From positions 1 to 43,089 of the forward strand of contig JBAXWY010000023.1 of assembly GCA_037128175.1 (NCBI GenBank): a stretch of DNA of 43,089 nt, read 5' to 3'. Positions 19,799-29,322 of this stretch are shown here, one piece after another. Numbering within the stretch: the first letter of the stretch is position 1; each line of letters starts with the position of its first letter. The notes under the pieces are model-generated. The model saw only the letters and a program-made list of their open reading frames with translations. It did no database searches and was not told the DNA's origin. The stretch comes from Methanothrix sp. (GTDB lineage: Archaea > Halobacteriota > Methanosarcinia > Methanotrichales > Methanotrichaceae). Made by a program: the position numbers and the translations under genes.

Positions 19799-20557
19799 CT
19801 ACCTTCGAATGGATTTTGTCAACTCAGAGACAAAAGAGGTAACGTCTTGGCTCTTCTCCACGCCGGTTCCTGTGACAATCAGGTCTGCGCCGGCGGCTAC
19901 CAGCTCTGCCGCCGCCGCGCCGCTGCGAATCCCTCCACCAACTATGAGCAGGACGTCTCCCAGAAGCTTCTTGACCAGGGCCACCATGTTGGCAGGCACG
20001 GGAGAGTCTGCACCTGACCCCGCCTCCAGATACACCATTCTCATGCCCATGAATTTGGCAGACAGGGCATAGGCCGCCGCGAGTTCCGGCTTTCTTCGCG
20101 GTATGAGGCGAGCATCACCCACAAAACCCACTGTGCCGCCCGGCTCAATGATGATATAAGCCATGGGTATGGGCTCCAGACCGTAGCGCAGGATTAAGGG
20201 GGCACCGAGCGCCTGATTTTCTACGATATAAGCCGGGGAGCGGGAGTTTAACAGGCTCATAAAAAAGACTGCATCGGCATTTTCACATAGGCCGGCTACG
20301 CTGCTGGGAAATAGAATTACGGGCAGGTCGGTCTTCTCCCTGATCTCTCGCACCGTCTCATGAAGAAGAATTCCGGCTGCGCCTACAGAGCCGCCTACCA
20401 TGATAGCGTCCGTGCCGCCCAGATCCGCAGCCCGGGCCATTGTGCCGGCCTGCCTCGGGCTCTGGGAATCCGGATCGATCAATGTGAGATGTCCGGCGCC
20501 GCGCTCGGCTACTGCCTGAGCTAGCAGCAGCTCGACTCTGCCCCTCTCAAACATCAT
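19799..20557 (-). CDS. Geranylgeranylglyceryl phosphate synthase
   Basis: HLTLIDPD, IMVGGS, ILFP, FMSLLNS, YLEAGSGA, VGGGIR, IVTGT. Confidence 0.95.
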   Translation of the reverse strand: MMFERGRVELLLAQAVAERGAGHLTLIDPDSQSPRQAGTMARAADLGGTDAIMVGGSVGAAGILLHETVREIREKTDLPVILFPSSVAGLCENADAVFFMSLLNSRSPAYIVENQALGAPLILRYGLEPIPMAYIIIEPGGTVGFVGDARLIPRRKPELAAAYALSAKFMGMRMVYLEAGSGADSPVPANMVALVKKLLGDVLLIVGGGIRSGAAAAELVAAGADLIVTGTGVEKSQDVTSFVSELTKSIRR

Positions 20558-20707
20558 TTAAGCGGTCTTGTTTTCCTTGGACTTCATCCTCAGTCCTTTG
20601 TAACCGCACTTGCGGCAGCGAGTCGCTCTTACGGGATTTCGTGCGTTGCAGCTCATGCATATCTTGAGATTCAAGATTCTCTTTTCTGCTTCTGGAAATC
20701 TAGCCAT
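20558..20707 (-). CDS. rpl40e: 50S ribosomal protein L40e (not in the ORF track)
   Basis: Translation [49 protein letters not shown]. Confidence 0.97.
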   Translation of the reverse strand: MARFPEAEKRILNLKICMSCNARNPVRATRCRKCGYKGLRMKSKENKTA

Positions 20708-20742
20708 AATTTTATCGCCCTTTTTCTAATATAAGTAAATAG

Positions 20743-20892
20743 CGCCGGGGTTGGGATTTTCCTGAGAGAGCTATCTCGCCCCCGCCATTTTGAACCCAAG
20801 CGTCCCTGGAAGGGACAACAGGTCTCGAGCCTGCCGCGTATGAACTCCCGCAGCCCTAAAGCCACGAAAATTGTCCGCTCTGCCACCCCGGC
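20743..20892 (-). tRNA. tRNA-Ser(CGA) with two non-canonical introns (D-arm 20840-20870; T-loop 20757-20788)
   Basis: Acceptor GCCGGGG/CCCCGGC, discriminator G; anticodon arm GCAGG-CT-CGA-GA-CCTGT; long variable arm; T arm TTGGG/CCCAA; spliced length 87 nt; CCA not encoded. Confidence 0.92.
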
Positions 20893-20918
20893 CCTTGCAA
20901 TTCTCCGTCTGACCCATG

Positions 20919-20926
20919 CTTTATAT
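20919..20926 (-). promoter_or_regulatory. TATA box of the tRNA-Ser/rpl40e transcript
   Basis: ATATAAAG on the minus strand about 27 nt upstream of tRNA G1. Confidence 0.6.
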
Positions 20927-20974
20927 CTGTTGCTCCTCCCTAGTAGCCAGAAGATCCTAAAAACAGGTGTTGTT

Positions 20975-22216
20975 ATGTCTCTAAGAGATGATGCATTAGC
21001 ATTTCATAAAGATGCCAGGGGCAAGATTGCAGTCCACAGCAAGGTGCCTTGCGCTACCGTGCGTGACCTCTCCTTAGCTTACACTCCGGGAGTGGCCGAA
21101 CCCTGTCGCGAGATCGAAAAGAATCCAAACGACGTTTATGAGTACACTGCCAAAGGCAATATCGTGGCCGTGGTAACGGACGGAACAGCCGTCCTGGGCC
21201 TCGGCGATATTGGTCCCCTGGCTTCCATCCCGGTCATGGAGGGAAAGGCCATTTTGTTCAAGAACTTCGCCGGCATAGATGCCTTTCCCATCGCCATAAA
21301 CTCCAAGGACCCATCAGTCATCGTGGAAACCGTTGCGGCAATAGAGCCGGTCTTTGGCGGAATCAACCTGGAGGACATAAGTGCACCTCGCTGCTTTGAG
21401 GTAGAAGAGCGGCTCAAGAAGATCCTGGATATACCCGTCTTTCACGATGACCAGCACGGCACCGCCGTGGTCGCCCTGGCCGCCCTCATCAATGCCCTCA
21501 AGGTAGTGGGCAAGAGCTTTTCTCACGTGCGCGTGGCCGTGAGCGGGGCGGGCGCGGCGGGCATCGCCGTTACCAAATTTCTCTACAGCTTCGGGGTAAA
21601 GGACGCCATACTCTGCGACAGCCGGGGAGTAATCCACACCGGCCGTACAGACCTCAACCCGGCCAAGCAGGAGATCGCCCGTACGACCAATCCGCGCCAT
21701 GTTACGGGCGGCTTAGCCGATGCCATTGAAGGAGCGGACGTTTTCCTGGGCTTGTCGGTAGCAGGCATTGTAACTCCCGCGATGGTAAAGAGCATGGCCC
21801 CTGATGCCATTGTCTTTGCCATGGCCAACCCCGTGCCCGAGATCATGCCAGACCTGGCCTTGCAAGCTGGCGCGCGAGTGGTGGCCACCGGCCGATCCGA
21901 TTTCCCCAATCAGGTAAACAATGTGCTGGGCTTCCCCGGCATCTTTCGCGGGGCCCTGGATGTGCGGGCCTCCGACATCAATGAGGCCATGAAGGTCGCA
22001 GCTTCAAAAGCCATTGCCCGCCTGGTAGAGAGCGTATCCGAGGAGTGCATTATTCCCTCGCCACTGGACCGGAGGGTAGTTCCCGCCGTCGCCGCAGCCG
22101 TCGCTCGCGCCGCCATAGAAACGGGCGTGGCGCGCGTCCCGATGGATCCAGCCCAGGTAGGAAGGCGGGCAGAGGCACTGGTCAGGGATCTGGAAAGAGA
22201 CGCTTGCCCGCCATAG
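20975..22216 (+). CDS. NAD(P)-dependent malic enzyme
   Basis: LSLAYTPGVAEPC, VTDGTAVLGLGDIG, MEGKA, INLEDI, FHDDQHGTA, GAGAAG, ATGRSDFPNQVNN; ATG at 20975 after AGGTG. Confidence 0.96.
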   Translation: MSLRDDALAFHKDARGKIAVHSKVPCATVRDLSLAYTPGVAEPCREIEKNPNDVYEYTAKGNIVAVVTDGTAVLGLGDIGPLASIPVMEGKAILFKNFAGIDAFPIAINSKDPSVIVETVAAIEPVFGGINLEDISAPRCFEVEERLKKILDIPVFHDDQHGTAVVALAALINALKVVGKSFSHVRVAVSGAGAAGIAVTKFLYSFGVKDAILCDSRGVIHTGRTDLNPAKQEIARTTNPRHVTGGLADAIEGADVFLGLSVAGIVTPAMVKSMAPDAIVFAMANPVPEIMPDLALQAGARVVATGRSDFPNQVNNVLGFPGIFRGALDVRASDINEAMKVAASKAIARLVESVSEECIIPSPLDRRVVPAVAAAVARAAIETGVARVPMDPAQVGRRAEALVRDLERDACPP

Positions 22217-22233
22217 ATCCTTTCAATTTTCTT

Positions 22234-24561
22234 TCATGATTTTTGCGAACAGGGGCAGGTCCTTTTGCCCTGTCCCGTCTCTTCTGCTTTTGCCGCAGAG
22301 GAAGGCTTGGCCTTTGAGCGGCGGGATGCTTCAGAGACGGTCACCGTTTTGGTGGCGGACCAGAGAGATTCAGCGTCATTGCTGTCTTTGGCCATAACCT
22401 TAACCGAATAGGTTCCGGCCAAGCTCCAGGTATGCGGCATGCGCACCGAAGTTCCCGAATTTACCAGGTTGGTTTCCGAGATATTGCCATCACCCCAGTC
22501 GAAGGTATAGAAGATCTGATCCTTATTGGGGTCCGTGGTATAGCCTGTGAAGGAATAGGGCTTGCCCACATAGCCGGATGCAACACCCGTCGGAGTGGAT
22601 GGCTTTTTAGGGGGGCTATTGACGATTATCTTGACCATAAGAGATGTGGACCAGACGGACTGGCCACCTCTAATGTCTGTAGCCTTAGCCCGGACATAGT
22701 ATGTACCAGATCGCTGCCAAGCATGTGACGCGCTGATCTTTGCCGCGGATTTCCCGGGCTCGGTCACCGACGAACTTGTATCTCCCCAGTCAAAGGTAAT
22801 CTGGACATCATCGCCATCCGGATCATTTGCGGAAGCGGTGTAACTGTAAGATTTCTGCAAAATACCGGCCGCAGTACCTAGGGGCTTGACAGGCCTCAAA
22901 GGCAGCCGATTGGCAGAAGCAATGGTGACAAGAAGGGCTTCTGACACGGGGGATGCGGCTCCGTTGTTGTCTGTAGCTTTAGCCGTTACCCGGTAGGTTC
23001 CAGCCGAACTCCAGGTGTGCGAGGCCGCCCCTGCGCCGGTGCTGATCAGCCCGGTCTCCGATGTGGTGCCATCTCCCCAACTGAAAGTGAACTTAACTGG
23101 ATCTTTGTCGGGATCGATCACCGAAGTGGTGTAGCGTAAAGAATCAAGAACGGACCCCTGCACAGGGCCCAAAGGCAGAGAAGGCGTTAGCGGTGCATTG
23201 TTTTCGCTATCGGAGTAGCTCATATCCAGAGTCATCCAGTAGAAGGCATATCCGAGACCGCTGTAGGTGCAATCGTAGTTCATGTCCATGCTAACCCGGA
23301 ATAGACCGGCCGGTCGCCCGGACGTATCGCCCCAGCTGTTGAGCATGATCCAGTAGCGGTTAGCGGGATTTGTATCATCATAGCCCACGCAGAGAACGGC
23401 ATGCCCGCCTCCGTTCTGATAGTTATACGACCTGCCGCAAGCATTGTCCGGCTGCCACAGGGCGTTCTCAGGCTGTGCGCTCCAGAAGCTAAAGAAGTCA
23501 TTCCAGGAACTGCTATCGGGCAAATAGTAGGCAAACCAGATGCCTTTGCCCTGCAGCAAGACGTTCTTGATGTTGGAAATGGCCGCCTCTTTGGTCATTC
23601 CATGAGAGGGAATGGTATTGACGGAGATAGACGCCAGATCATAATGAGGAGATGTGGATATTGAGGAAGCGAGAACTGCCGAACACGAGCCGCAGCCCTT
23701 CCAAGCATCCTGATAATGAGCGTTGCTGTTGGACCAGGGAACCATCATGCCCTTGGCATTATAAAATCCGGACAATCCCGACAGCCAGCCGCCGCAACAG
23801 GCTCCGGAGCTGCCGCAACCGCCGTTGTAGTTGGAATCAAGATACTGTAGGGAGAAGCGATCGGAAACGCCCTTCTGCCTGGCATAATCGAGCTCCATGA
23901 CGCCCGTTCCCGCCCAGGCCCAGCAGTTGCCGCAGCCTCCCTGGTCGCGCTCGGAGGGTACGTAATTAAGCCGGTCCAGCAAGCTGAAGGAAGTGACAGG
24001 CGCGGCGGCCATCTTTGTAGTGATCTCGGGGCTGAAATAGGCCTTGTCGGATGCATTGTACTGCCCGGCCCAAAGATCCGTCTCTTCCTTTGTGGGGCGC
24101 ATGAGCGGATATACCCGAGAAGGAAGAGAGGCACGCTCCTGCGGGGCGAAAAAGCCATAGTCCAGGCCAAAGCCGCTCTTGTCGGAGAGCGTCACTTCAT
24201 AGTAGCCGGCGCCGGGCGCGGTCTGGTTCCAGGGGAAAATGGAATCGGCCCTCAGCTCGTAGCGGCCTGGGTATAAATCGCCAAAAAAGTACTGCCCCGA
24301 TTGGTTCGTAGTGGTGTTGAAAATCTCAGTTCCTTCCAGCATCAGCCGGACGGTAGCATTCGCGAGAGGCCTCTCGCCCGGCGAGAAGAAGCCGTCGCCA
24401 TTCGTATCCAGGAAAGCGGTGCCGTTCAGGGAGAGGCCCGCCGCATCCTGGGCGAGAGCATCAGCGCCTGCTGCTATCAGCAAGGCGGATAATAGGAGGA
24501 ACAACACGGTCAAACATGCGAAATGTTTATGAGATTGTGGAATCATTTTTACACACCACAT
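22234..24561 (-). CDS. Secreted papain-family (C1) cysteine peptidase with an N-terminal SdrD-B-like domain and three PKD domains
   Basis: QGGCGNCWAWA, GGHAV, NSWG triad; DTNGDG..GE.PL domain; three F.WGD..H.W...GTY repeats. Confidence 0.9.
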   Translation of the reverse strand: MWCVKMIPQSHKHFACLTVLFLLLSALLIAAGADALAQDAAGLSLNGTAFLDTNGDGFFSPGERPLANATVRLMLEGTEIFNTTTNQSGQYFFGDLYPGRYELRADSIFPWNQTAPGAGYYEVTLSDKSGFGLDYGFFAPQERASLPSRVYPLMRPTKEETDLWAGQYNASDKAYFSPEITTKMAAAPVTSFSLLDRLNYVPSERDQGGCGNCWAWAGTGVMELDYARQKGVSDRFSLQYLDSNYNGGCGSSGACCGGWLSGLSGFYNAKGMMVPWSNSNAHYQDAWKGCGSCSAVLASSISTSPHYDLASISVNTIPSHGMTKEAAISNIKNVLLQGKGIWFAYYLPDSSSWNDFFSFWSAQPENALWQPDNACGRSYNYQNGGGHAVLCVGYDDTNPANRYWIMLNSWGDTSGRPAGLFRVSMDMNYDCTYSGLGYAFYWMTLDMSYSDSENNAPLTPSLPLGPVQGSVLDSLRYTTSVIDPDKDPVKFTFSWGDGTTSETGLISTGAGAASHTWSSAGTYRVTAKATDNNGAASPVSEALLVTIASANRLPLRPVKPLGTAAGILQKSYSYTASANDPDGDDVQITFDWGDTSSSVTEPGKSAAKISASHAWQRSGTYYVRAKATDIRGGQSVWSTSLMVKIIVNSPPKKPSTPTGVASGYVGKPYSFTGYTTDPNKDQIFYTFDWGDGNISETNLVNSGTSVRMPHTWSLAGTYSVKVMAKDSNDAESLWSATKTVTVSEASRRSKAKPSSAAKAEETGQGKRTCPCSQKS

Positions 24562-24666
24562 ATATTTAGACTGAATTAGAATATAAAGTTTTGCGGGATG
24601 TTACAACCAGCCGGAGATCCGCCAGATATAAGGTCCAGGCACGATAAGAGTGTATAGGTGATTTTC

Positions 24667-24789
24667 GTGAAGAAACAGGCAACGAAAATGGAAAAAGATC
24701 AGGAGCAGATGAGGAAGAGGCTGGAGAATAGCTTGCCCTGGAGCCTGTCGCGATGGTTGGCAAAGATGCTGGGGCGTAAAAGAAAGTGA
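24667..24789 (+). CDS. Putative 40-aa basic small protein
   Basis: AGGTGA RBS then GTG; MKKQATKMEKDQEQMRKRLENSLPWSLSRWLAKMLGRKRK. Confidence 0.4.
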   Translation: MKKQATKMEKDQEQMRKRLENSLPWSLSRWLAKMLGRKRK

Positions 24790-24938
24790 TCACATCCGAT
24801 GTCCGCGCTTCCCCGGACAGCGCCTTTTCCGGCTCGCTCCGCCACACTACCATTTTAGTGACAACGCTAAGAATGATGCCCGCAGCCTAATCATTCGGAG
24901 TGAAAGATATATAACTTATGCAATGTTAGTTACATGTT

Positions 24939-25205
24939 ATGTTCGCAGAATACATAGCGGCAGCGTTGCGGCGGGCAGAATACAAGATTATCGAAAGTGA
25001 TGAACCTGTTTTCGTATCCGTTCCAGGATTAAATGGTGCATGGGCCACAGGTAAAACCATTGAAGAGGCTAGGGCCGAGTTAATCGAGGTTATTGAAGAA
25101 TGGCTGGTCCTCGGTATCAAGCTGAGTCACACGATTCCAGCAATTGAGGGCGCAATGATCAATGTGCCTACGATTAACGAGGAGTCGGTTCTTGTTGTCG
25201 AATAG
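24939..25205 (+). CDS. hicB: HicB-family antitoxin
   Basis: VSVPGLNGAWATGKTIEEARAELIEVIEEW. Confidence 0.9.
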   Translation: MFAEYIAAALRRAEYKIIESDEPVFVSVPGLNGAWATGKTIEEARAELIEVIEEWLVLGIKLSHTIPAIEGAMINVPTINEESVLVVE

Positions 25206-25207
25206 GC

Positions 25208-25333
25208 TTGTTCATGTTCCGAGGAGAGACCAAGCTTCGAATACCCAATCCCCATAAGCAAGATATAGATGCCAACCTGCTGGCACAGATCTTGCAACAA
25301 GCCCAAATCACCCACCAGGAATGGTTGGAATGA
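25208..25333 (+). pseudogene. hicA: HicA toxin, C-terminal half only
   Basis: LFMFRGETKLRIPNPHKQDIDANLLAQILQQAQITHQEWLE; N-terminal helix and catalytic GxH segment absent. Confidence 0.75.
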
Positions 25334-25389
25334 GTATCCCAACATAGGGAAGAATCTGTTATTGTTGACTCTTTTTCTCCATCCCCTGT

Positions 25390-26367
25390 CTAAAAGGTCT
25401 TTAAATTTTCCACTATCACTCTTGTCACATCCGCCGTCCCACAGTCACCGCCCAGATCCGGCGTCTTTGCCCCGCAGGCCAGCGCCTTCTGCACTGCTGC
25501 CTCTATCCGGCATGCCATCTTTGGCTCACCCAGCCATTCCATCATCATGGCCGCGCAACGGATGGCACCCACGGGATTGGCGATGCCTTTTCCTGCAATG
25601 TCCGGAGCGCTGCCGTGGATGGGCTCGAAAAGAGCATGGTCGGTGCCGAGGTTGGCGCTGGCACATAGACCGAGGCTGCCTATCACTCCCGCCGCCTCAT
25701 CGCTCAAGATGTCGCCAAAGAGATTGGTGGTGACCAGCACGTCGAACCTTTGGGGATTCACCACCAGATTGTAGGCGGCAGCATCCACCAGCATGTCATC
25801 GCAGAGCACGCCCCGCCCTGCGGCTACGGCGCGGCAGGTCTCCAGAAAGAGGCAGTCGCTTTTCAGCACATTCGACTTGTGGATGATGGTCAGCTTGCGG
25901 CGGCGCGCCACGAGGTCGCAGGCCTTCTTTGCAATTCTCTCCGAGCCGCGCCGCGTAATAACCCGCATGGTATGCGACTCCTCCACCCCCACTTCCTCCA
26001 GACCCGAGTAAAGCCCCTCCGTATTCTCCCGCACGATGATGAAATCGAGCTCCTGAGATTGAAAGGGCCGGATATTGGCATAAAGGTCCAGCTCCTTTCG
26101 TATTCGGAGAAGCACACTTTTATAATTGAGATCATGCGGCGTGCTGATCGCCCCAAATAGAATGCAGTCGCACTCTTTGAGCGTCTCCAGATCCTCCTCG
26201 CTCATGGCCAGGCCCGTTCTCTTCCAGCGGGCGAGACCTACCTCCACAGGGACCTGTTCAAACTTCGCGCCTGCGGCATCCAGCACCGCCAGGGCGCTCT
26301 CTATTACCTCCGGCCCAATGCCGTCACCGGCAACTACGGCTACTTTCTTAGATCCTGCACCAGACAT
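25390..26367 (-). CDS. aksF: Isocitrate/isopropylmalate-family dehydrogenase, probably homoisocitrate dehydrogenase
   Basis: GDGIGPEV, RENTEGLY, HKSNV, NLFGDILSD, FEPIHGSAPDIAG; assignment over leuB rests on the linked YLRT-type small subunit. Confidence 0.65.
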   Translation of the reverse strand: MSGAGSKKVAVVAGDGIGPEVIESALAVLDAAGAKFEQVPVEVGLARWKRTGLAMSEEDLETLKECDCILFGAISTPHDLNYKSVLLRIRKELDLYANIRPFQSQELDFIIVRENTEGLYSGLEEVGVEESHTMRVITRRGSERIAKKACDLVARRRKLTIIHKSNVLKSDCLFLETCRAVAAGRGVLCDDMLVDAAAYNLVVNPQRFDVLVTTNLFGDILSDEAAGVIGSLGLCASANLGTDHALFEPIHGSAPDIAGKGIANPVGAIRCAAMMMEWLGEPKMACRIEAAVQKALACGAKTPDLGGDCGTADVTRVIVENLKTF

Positions 26368-27167
26368 CGCACTGCCTCCGCTATTTTAGCCGGCCCGTCT
26401 CCCCAATGCACCACCATGCCCAGCTGCCCGTTCTTTTCGGTCAGGCCCTTTTGCTCGGAACGGCAGCAACGGGTGATAAAAGGCCCCTTTGGTTCAAAGA
26501 CCGGCTCCGAACTGTGCAAGGGGCAGATATTGACAAACTCGAAATCTTTGCCGGGATTAGTGGCCAGAAAGATCTCCCGCGAGACGGCGCAGCCCACAAT
26601 CCGGGGGTGCTCGTGCACCACTGGGTCCGTGTCTAAAGAGCGCCCCAGGCCCGAGGCCCGGCAAGGGTAATAAACGCTATCGCAATCAAACCGGCATAGA
26701 TCCAGGATGTGAGGCACAAAACGAACCGTCAGGTCCCCCAGGATGCCGCAAGTCTCCAGGCCGGCGAGAACGTGAACCAGCCAGGGCGGATGGGGAGGCG
26801 AGACGTCCAAAACTTCGATGGTCAAGACCTGGAAACGGTCTGGGTCCTTGACAAAGGTGATGTGCTCATCCAGCCCCCGAAAGACGACCGTATTCGCCTT
26901 TGTGCCCCGGCAGATGCCGTCCGCCAGCTCGATGAGACGGGCCCGGTTCCGAGTGTCCACAATATCAGGATAAAACATGATCTCCTGGCCAGAGGCGATC
27001 GGCTCCAGCCCCACCACCTCCCTCATGAAACCCGAGCCGCGACTCGTGACATGGTAGAGAGCGGGGCCGTCCCGGCTGATGAGATACTCCGTGGCAAAAT
27101 AGATGGATTCACCTCGCCTCTCCCGGTCCTTGATCCCGACTAACTTATACTCATCCGGAAAGATCAT
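26340..27167 (-). CDS. Uncharacterised Cys-rich conserved protein
   Basis: MIFPDEYK start; YPCRASGL, VGC, NICP, TRCCRSE, VVHWG; overlaps the downstream dehydrogenase gene. Confidence 0.85.
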   Translation of the reverse strand: MIFPDEYKLVGIKDRERRGESIYFATEYLISRDGPALYHVTSRGSGFMREVVGLEPIASGQEIMFYPDIVDTRNRARLIELADGICRGTKANTVVFRGLDEHITFVKDPDRFQVLTIEVLDVSPPHPPWLVHVLAGLETCGILGDLTVRFVPHILDLCRFDCDSVYYPCRASGLGRSLDTDPVVHEHPRIVGCAVSREIFLATNPGKDFEFVNICPLHSSEPVFEPKGPFITRCCRSEQKGLTEKNGQLGMVVHWGDGPAKIAEAVRCLVQDLRK

Positions 27168-27171
27168 GCCA

Positions 27172-27645
27172 TCATGCCAATCCTTTCTGCCGCCTTCGGT
27201 GCGCCACCAGGCCCCCGTCTTCAAGTATCTCCATGAGGAAATCAGGCAGCCTGGTGCCCAGATACAACTTATCCCCCACCCGCACAGTTCCTGCCGCCAG
27301 ATCCACCTCTACGTTGTCGCCCCTCTGGCAGGACACATCCGCCTCAATCAGAGCCAGCCCTACATTGATGGCATTTCTGTAGAAGATACGAGCAAAGGAC
27401 CGGGCTACCACCACGGCCACGCCCGCCCCCAACAATGCGCGGGGCGCCTGCTCGCGTGACGAGCCGCAGCCGAAATTTCTGCCCGCCACAATCACATCGC
27501 CCTTCTCTACTTGGGAGGCAAATTGCGGGTCTAAGCCCTCCATGGCATGCTCCGCCCAGAGCCTGGCATCTTTTGTGCGCAGGTACTTGCCAGGGATGAT
27601 CACATCTGTATCCACATCGTCTCCAAAGACCCAAGCCGTTCCCAT
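27172..27645 (-). CDS. hacB: Homoaconitase/isopropylmalate dehydratase small subunit, HacB type
   Basis: [41 protein letters not shown]; YLRT loop is the methanogen HacB signature. Confidence 0.75.
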   Translation of the reverse strand: MGTAWVFGDDVDTDVIIPGKYLRTKDARLWAEHAMEGLDPQFASQVEKGDVIVAGRNFGCGSSREQAPRALLGAGVAVVVARSFARIFYRNAINVGLALIEADVSCQRGDNVEVDLAAGTVRVGDKLYLGTRLPDFLMEILEDGGLVAHRRRQKGLA

Positions 27646-27882
27646 GATCATGATAATTATATTGGCCGTTTCCCTCATAATACTCTTTTGCATCACTTTC
27701 GCCCCGCGCGGCCATCCTTCTTCTTCTCAAGATTATATTCTCCGTTATGAGAGACAATTTATTGGGACATTATTAGCAGATCATTTGTATCTTATACATA
27801 CATTTATTAGTCCATAAAATGATTTACTGTTATCATTTAATCCAGAAAAGTATTTATTCTTACACGCATTAGGTAGCTGATA

Positions 27883-28104
27883 ATGGCAGGAGTTTTCGCA
27901 GAGCTAGGGTGGCCCTTGCACAGGAGGCCGAGAATAGAGCGACAGGTCTTTCCCCGCATCCGGGACAGAAAGGCCCTGGAGCTACAAACAGCCAAAGAGA
28001 TCCTGGAAGAGGTCTTCGGCACTACCTCGGCAGAGGTGGAGGAGATGATCCGGCTGCGCCTGGCAGAGCAAGAGGCGCTTCCAGCAAATCTAAAATATCT
28101 ATAG
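27883..28104 (+). CDS. Small hypothetical protein, copy 1 of a three-member family
   Basis: MAGV...KALELQTAKEILEEVF...EVEEMIR shared with 36781..37002 and 38125..38352. Confidence 0.8.
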   Translation: MAGVFAELGWPLHRRPRIERQVFPRIRDRKALELQTAKEILEEVFGTTSAEVEEMIRLRLAEQEALPANLKYL

Positions 28105-28119
28105 AACCCATATACGATC

Positions 28120-28722
28120 ATGATACTCGGCATATCCGGCAGTCCTCGGAAGATGGCCACTGAGCACGTCCTGGAAATGGCCCTCAAGATGCTGGCTGAG
28201 AAGGGCCTGGAAACGACGCAATTCACGGTGCGAGGAAAGCAGATCAGCCCCTGCAGGCACTGCGACTATTGCCTCAAAAATAAGGAATGCGTAGTCAAAG
28301 ACGATATGTACCAGCTCTACCCCCTCATCCGGGAGGCCAGCGGGTTTGTTATCGCAACGCCCGTCTATAACGGCAGCATGAGTGCTCAGACAAAAATAAT
28401 AATAGATAGAACACGTGCCACACTGGCCGCCGACCCAAAAGCACTGCGGCTGAAGCCCGGCATGGCTATCGCTGTGGGAGGCGATCGTATGGGCGGCCAG
28501 GAGCTGGCCGTGCAGCAGGTACATACTTTTTACATCCTCAACGGCATGATCCCGGTGAGCGGAGGGTTTTTTGGCGCTAACCTGGGAGCGACCTTCTGGT
28601 CTCGCGATACACTGGAAGGAGTAATGTTGGACGAAGAAGGCAACCGAACGCTGCGAAAGACGACAAAGAGGTTCGCGGAGACGGTGGTGCGTCTGGAAAA
28701 TATGAAGATACAGGAAAAATAA
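28120..28722 (+). CDS. Iron-sulfur flavoprotein (Isf/WrbA flavodoxin family)
   Basis: GISGSPR, CxxCxxCx5C motif (CRHCDYCLKNKEC), ATPVY, GGQE. Confidence 0.9.
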   Translation: MILGISGSPRKMATEHVLEMALKMLAEKGLETTQFTVRGKQISPCRHCDYCLKNKECVVKDDMYQLYPLIREASGFVIATPVYNGSMSAQTKIIIDRTRATLAADPKALRLKPGMAIAVGGDRMGGQELAVQQVHTFYILNGMIPVSGGFFGANLGATFWSRDTLEGVMLDEEGNRTLRKTTKRFAETVVRLENMKIQEK

Positions 28723-28749
28723 TTATCCTGAAAAAACTAAGTGATTATT

Positions 28750-29322
28750 ATGGCAAAAGATAGCGCGAAGAGAAAGATCGCCTGGGGGATCACGGGTAGC
28801 GGCGACCGCATCGAGGAGACGGTCGAGGCCATGATAAAATTGCAAAAGCAGTACGATGATGTGGTAGATGTGCGCGTCTTCGTATCCAAGGCAGGCGAAC
28901 AGGTCATCAAGTATTACAAGCTCTTCAACACCTTAGAGAAGCACTTCGACAAGGTATGGGTGGAGATCAACGCCAACTCTCCCTTCCTGGCCGGCCAGTT
29001 GCAGATGAAGCGCTATGAGTTTCTGCTGCTGGCACCCACGACATCAAATACCGTGGCCAAGATTTCTTTGGGCCTGGCAGACTCGCTGCTCTCCAATGCC
29101 GCCATCATGTCCCAGAAGGCATTCGTTCCCACATACATCATGCCCTGCGACTATATGCCGGGAATTATAACCACCATTCTCCCGGACGGCAGCGAGATGC
29201 GGCTTCGCATCCGAAAAGAGGATGCTCAGCATGTCGAGAGTCTGCGCCGGATGGAAGATGTCTTCGTCATCGAGAAGCCCTCTGAGATTGCAGGCGTATT
29301 CGAAAAGTATTTCTCAGCCTGA
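28750..29322 (+). CDS. afpA: Archaeoflavoprotein AfpA
   Basis: IAWGITGSGD, NANSPFLAG, APTTSNTVAKI..GLADSL. Confidence 0.88.
   Translation: MAKDSAKRKIAWGITGSGDRIEETVEAMIKLQKQYDDVVDVRVFVSKAGEQVIKYYKLFNTLEKHFDKVWVEINANSPFLAGQLQMKRYEFLLLAPTTSNTVAKISLGLADSLLSNAAIMSQKAFVPTYIMPCDYMPGIITTILPDGSEMRLRIRKEDAQHVESLRRMEDVFVIEKPSEIAGVFEKYFSA

Noticed and set aside
20671-20974. ORF 20671..20886 and the N-terminal extension of malic enzyme from 20840
   Set aside because: Both overlap the tRNA-Ser gene; the real malic enzyme start is 20975
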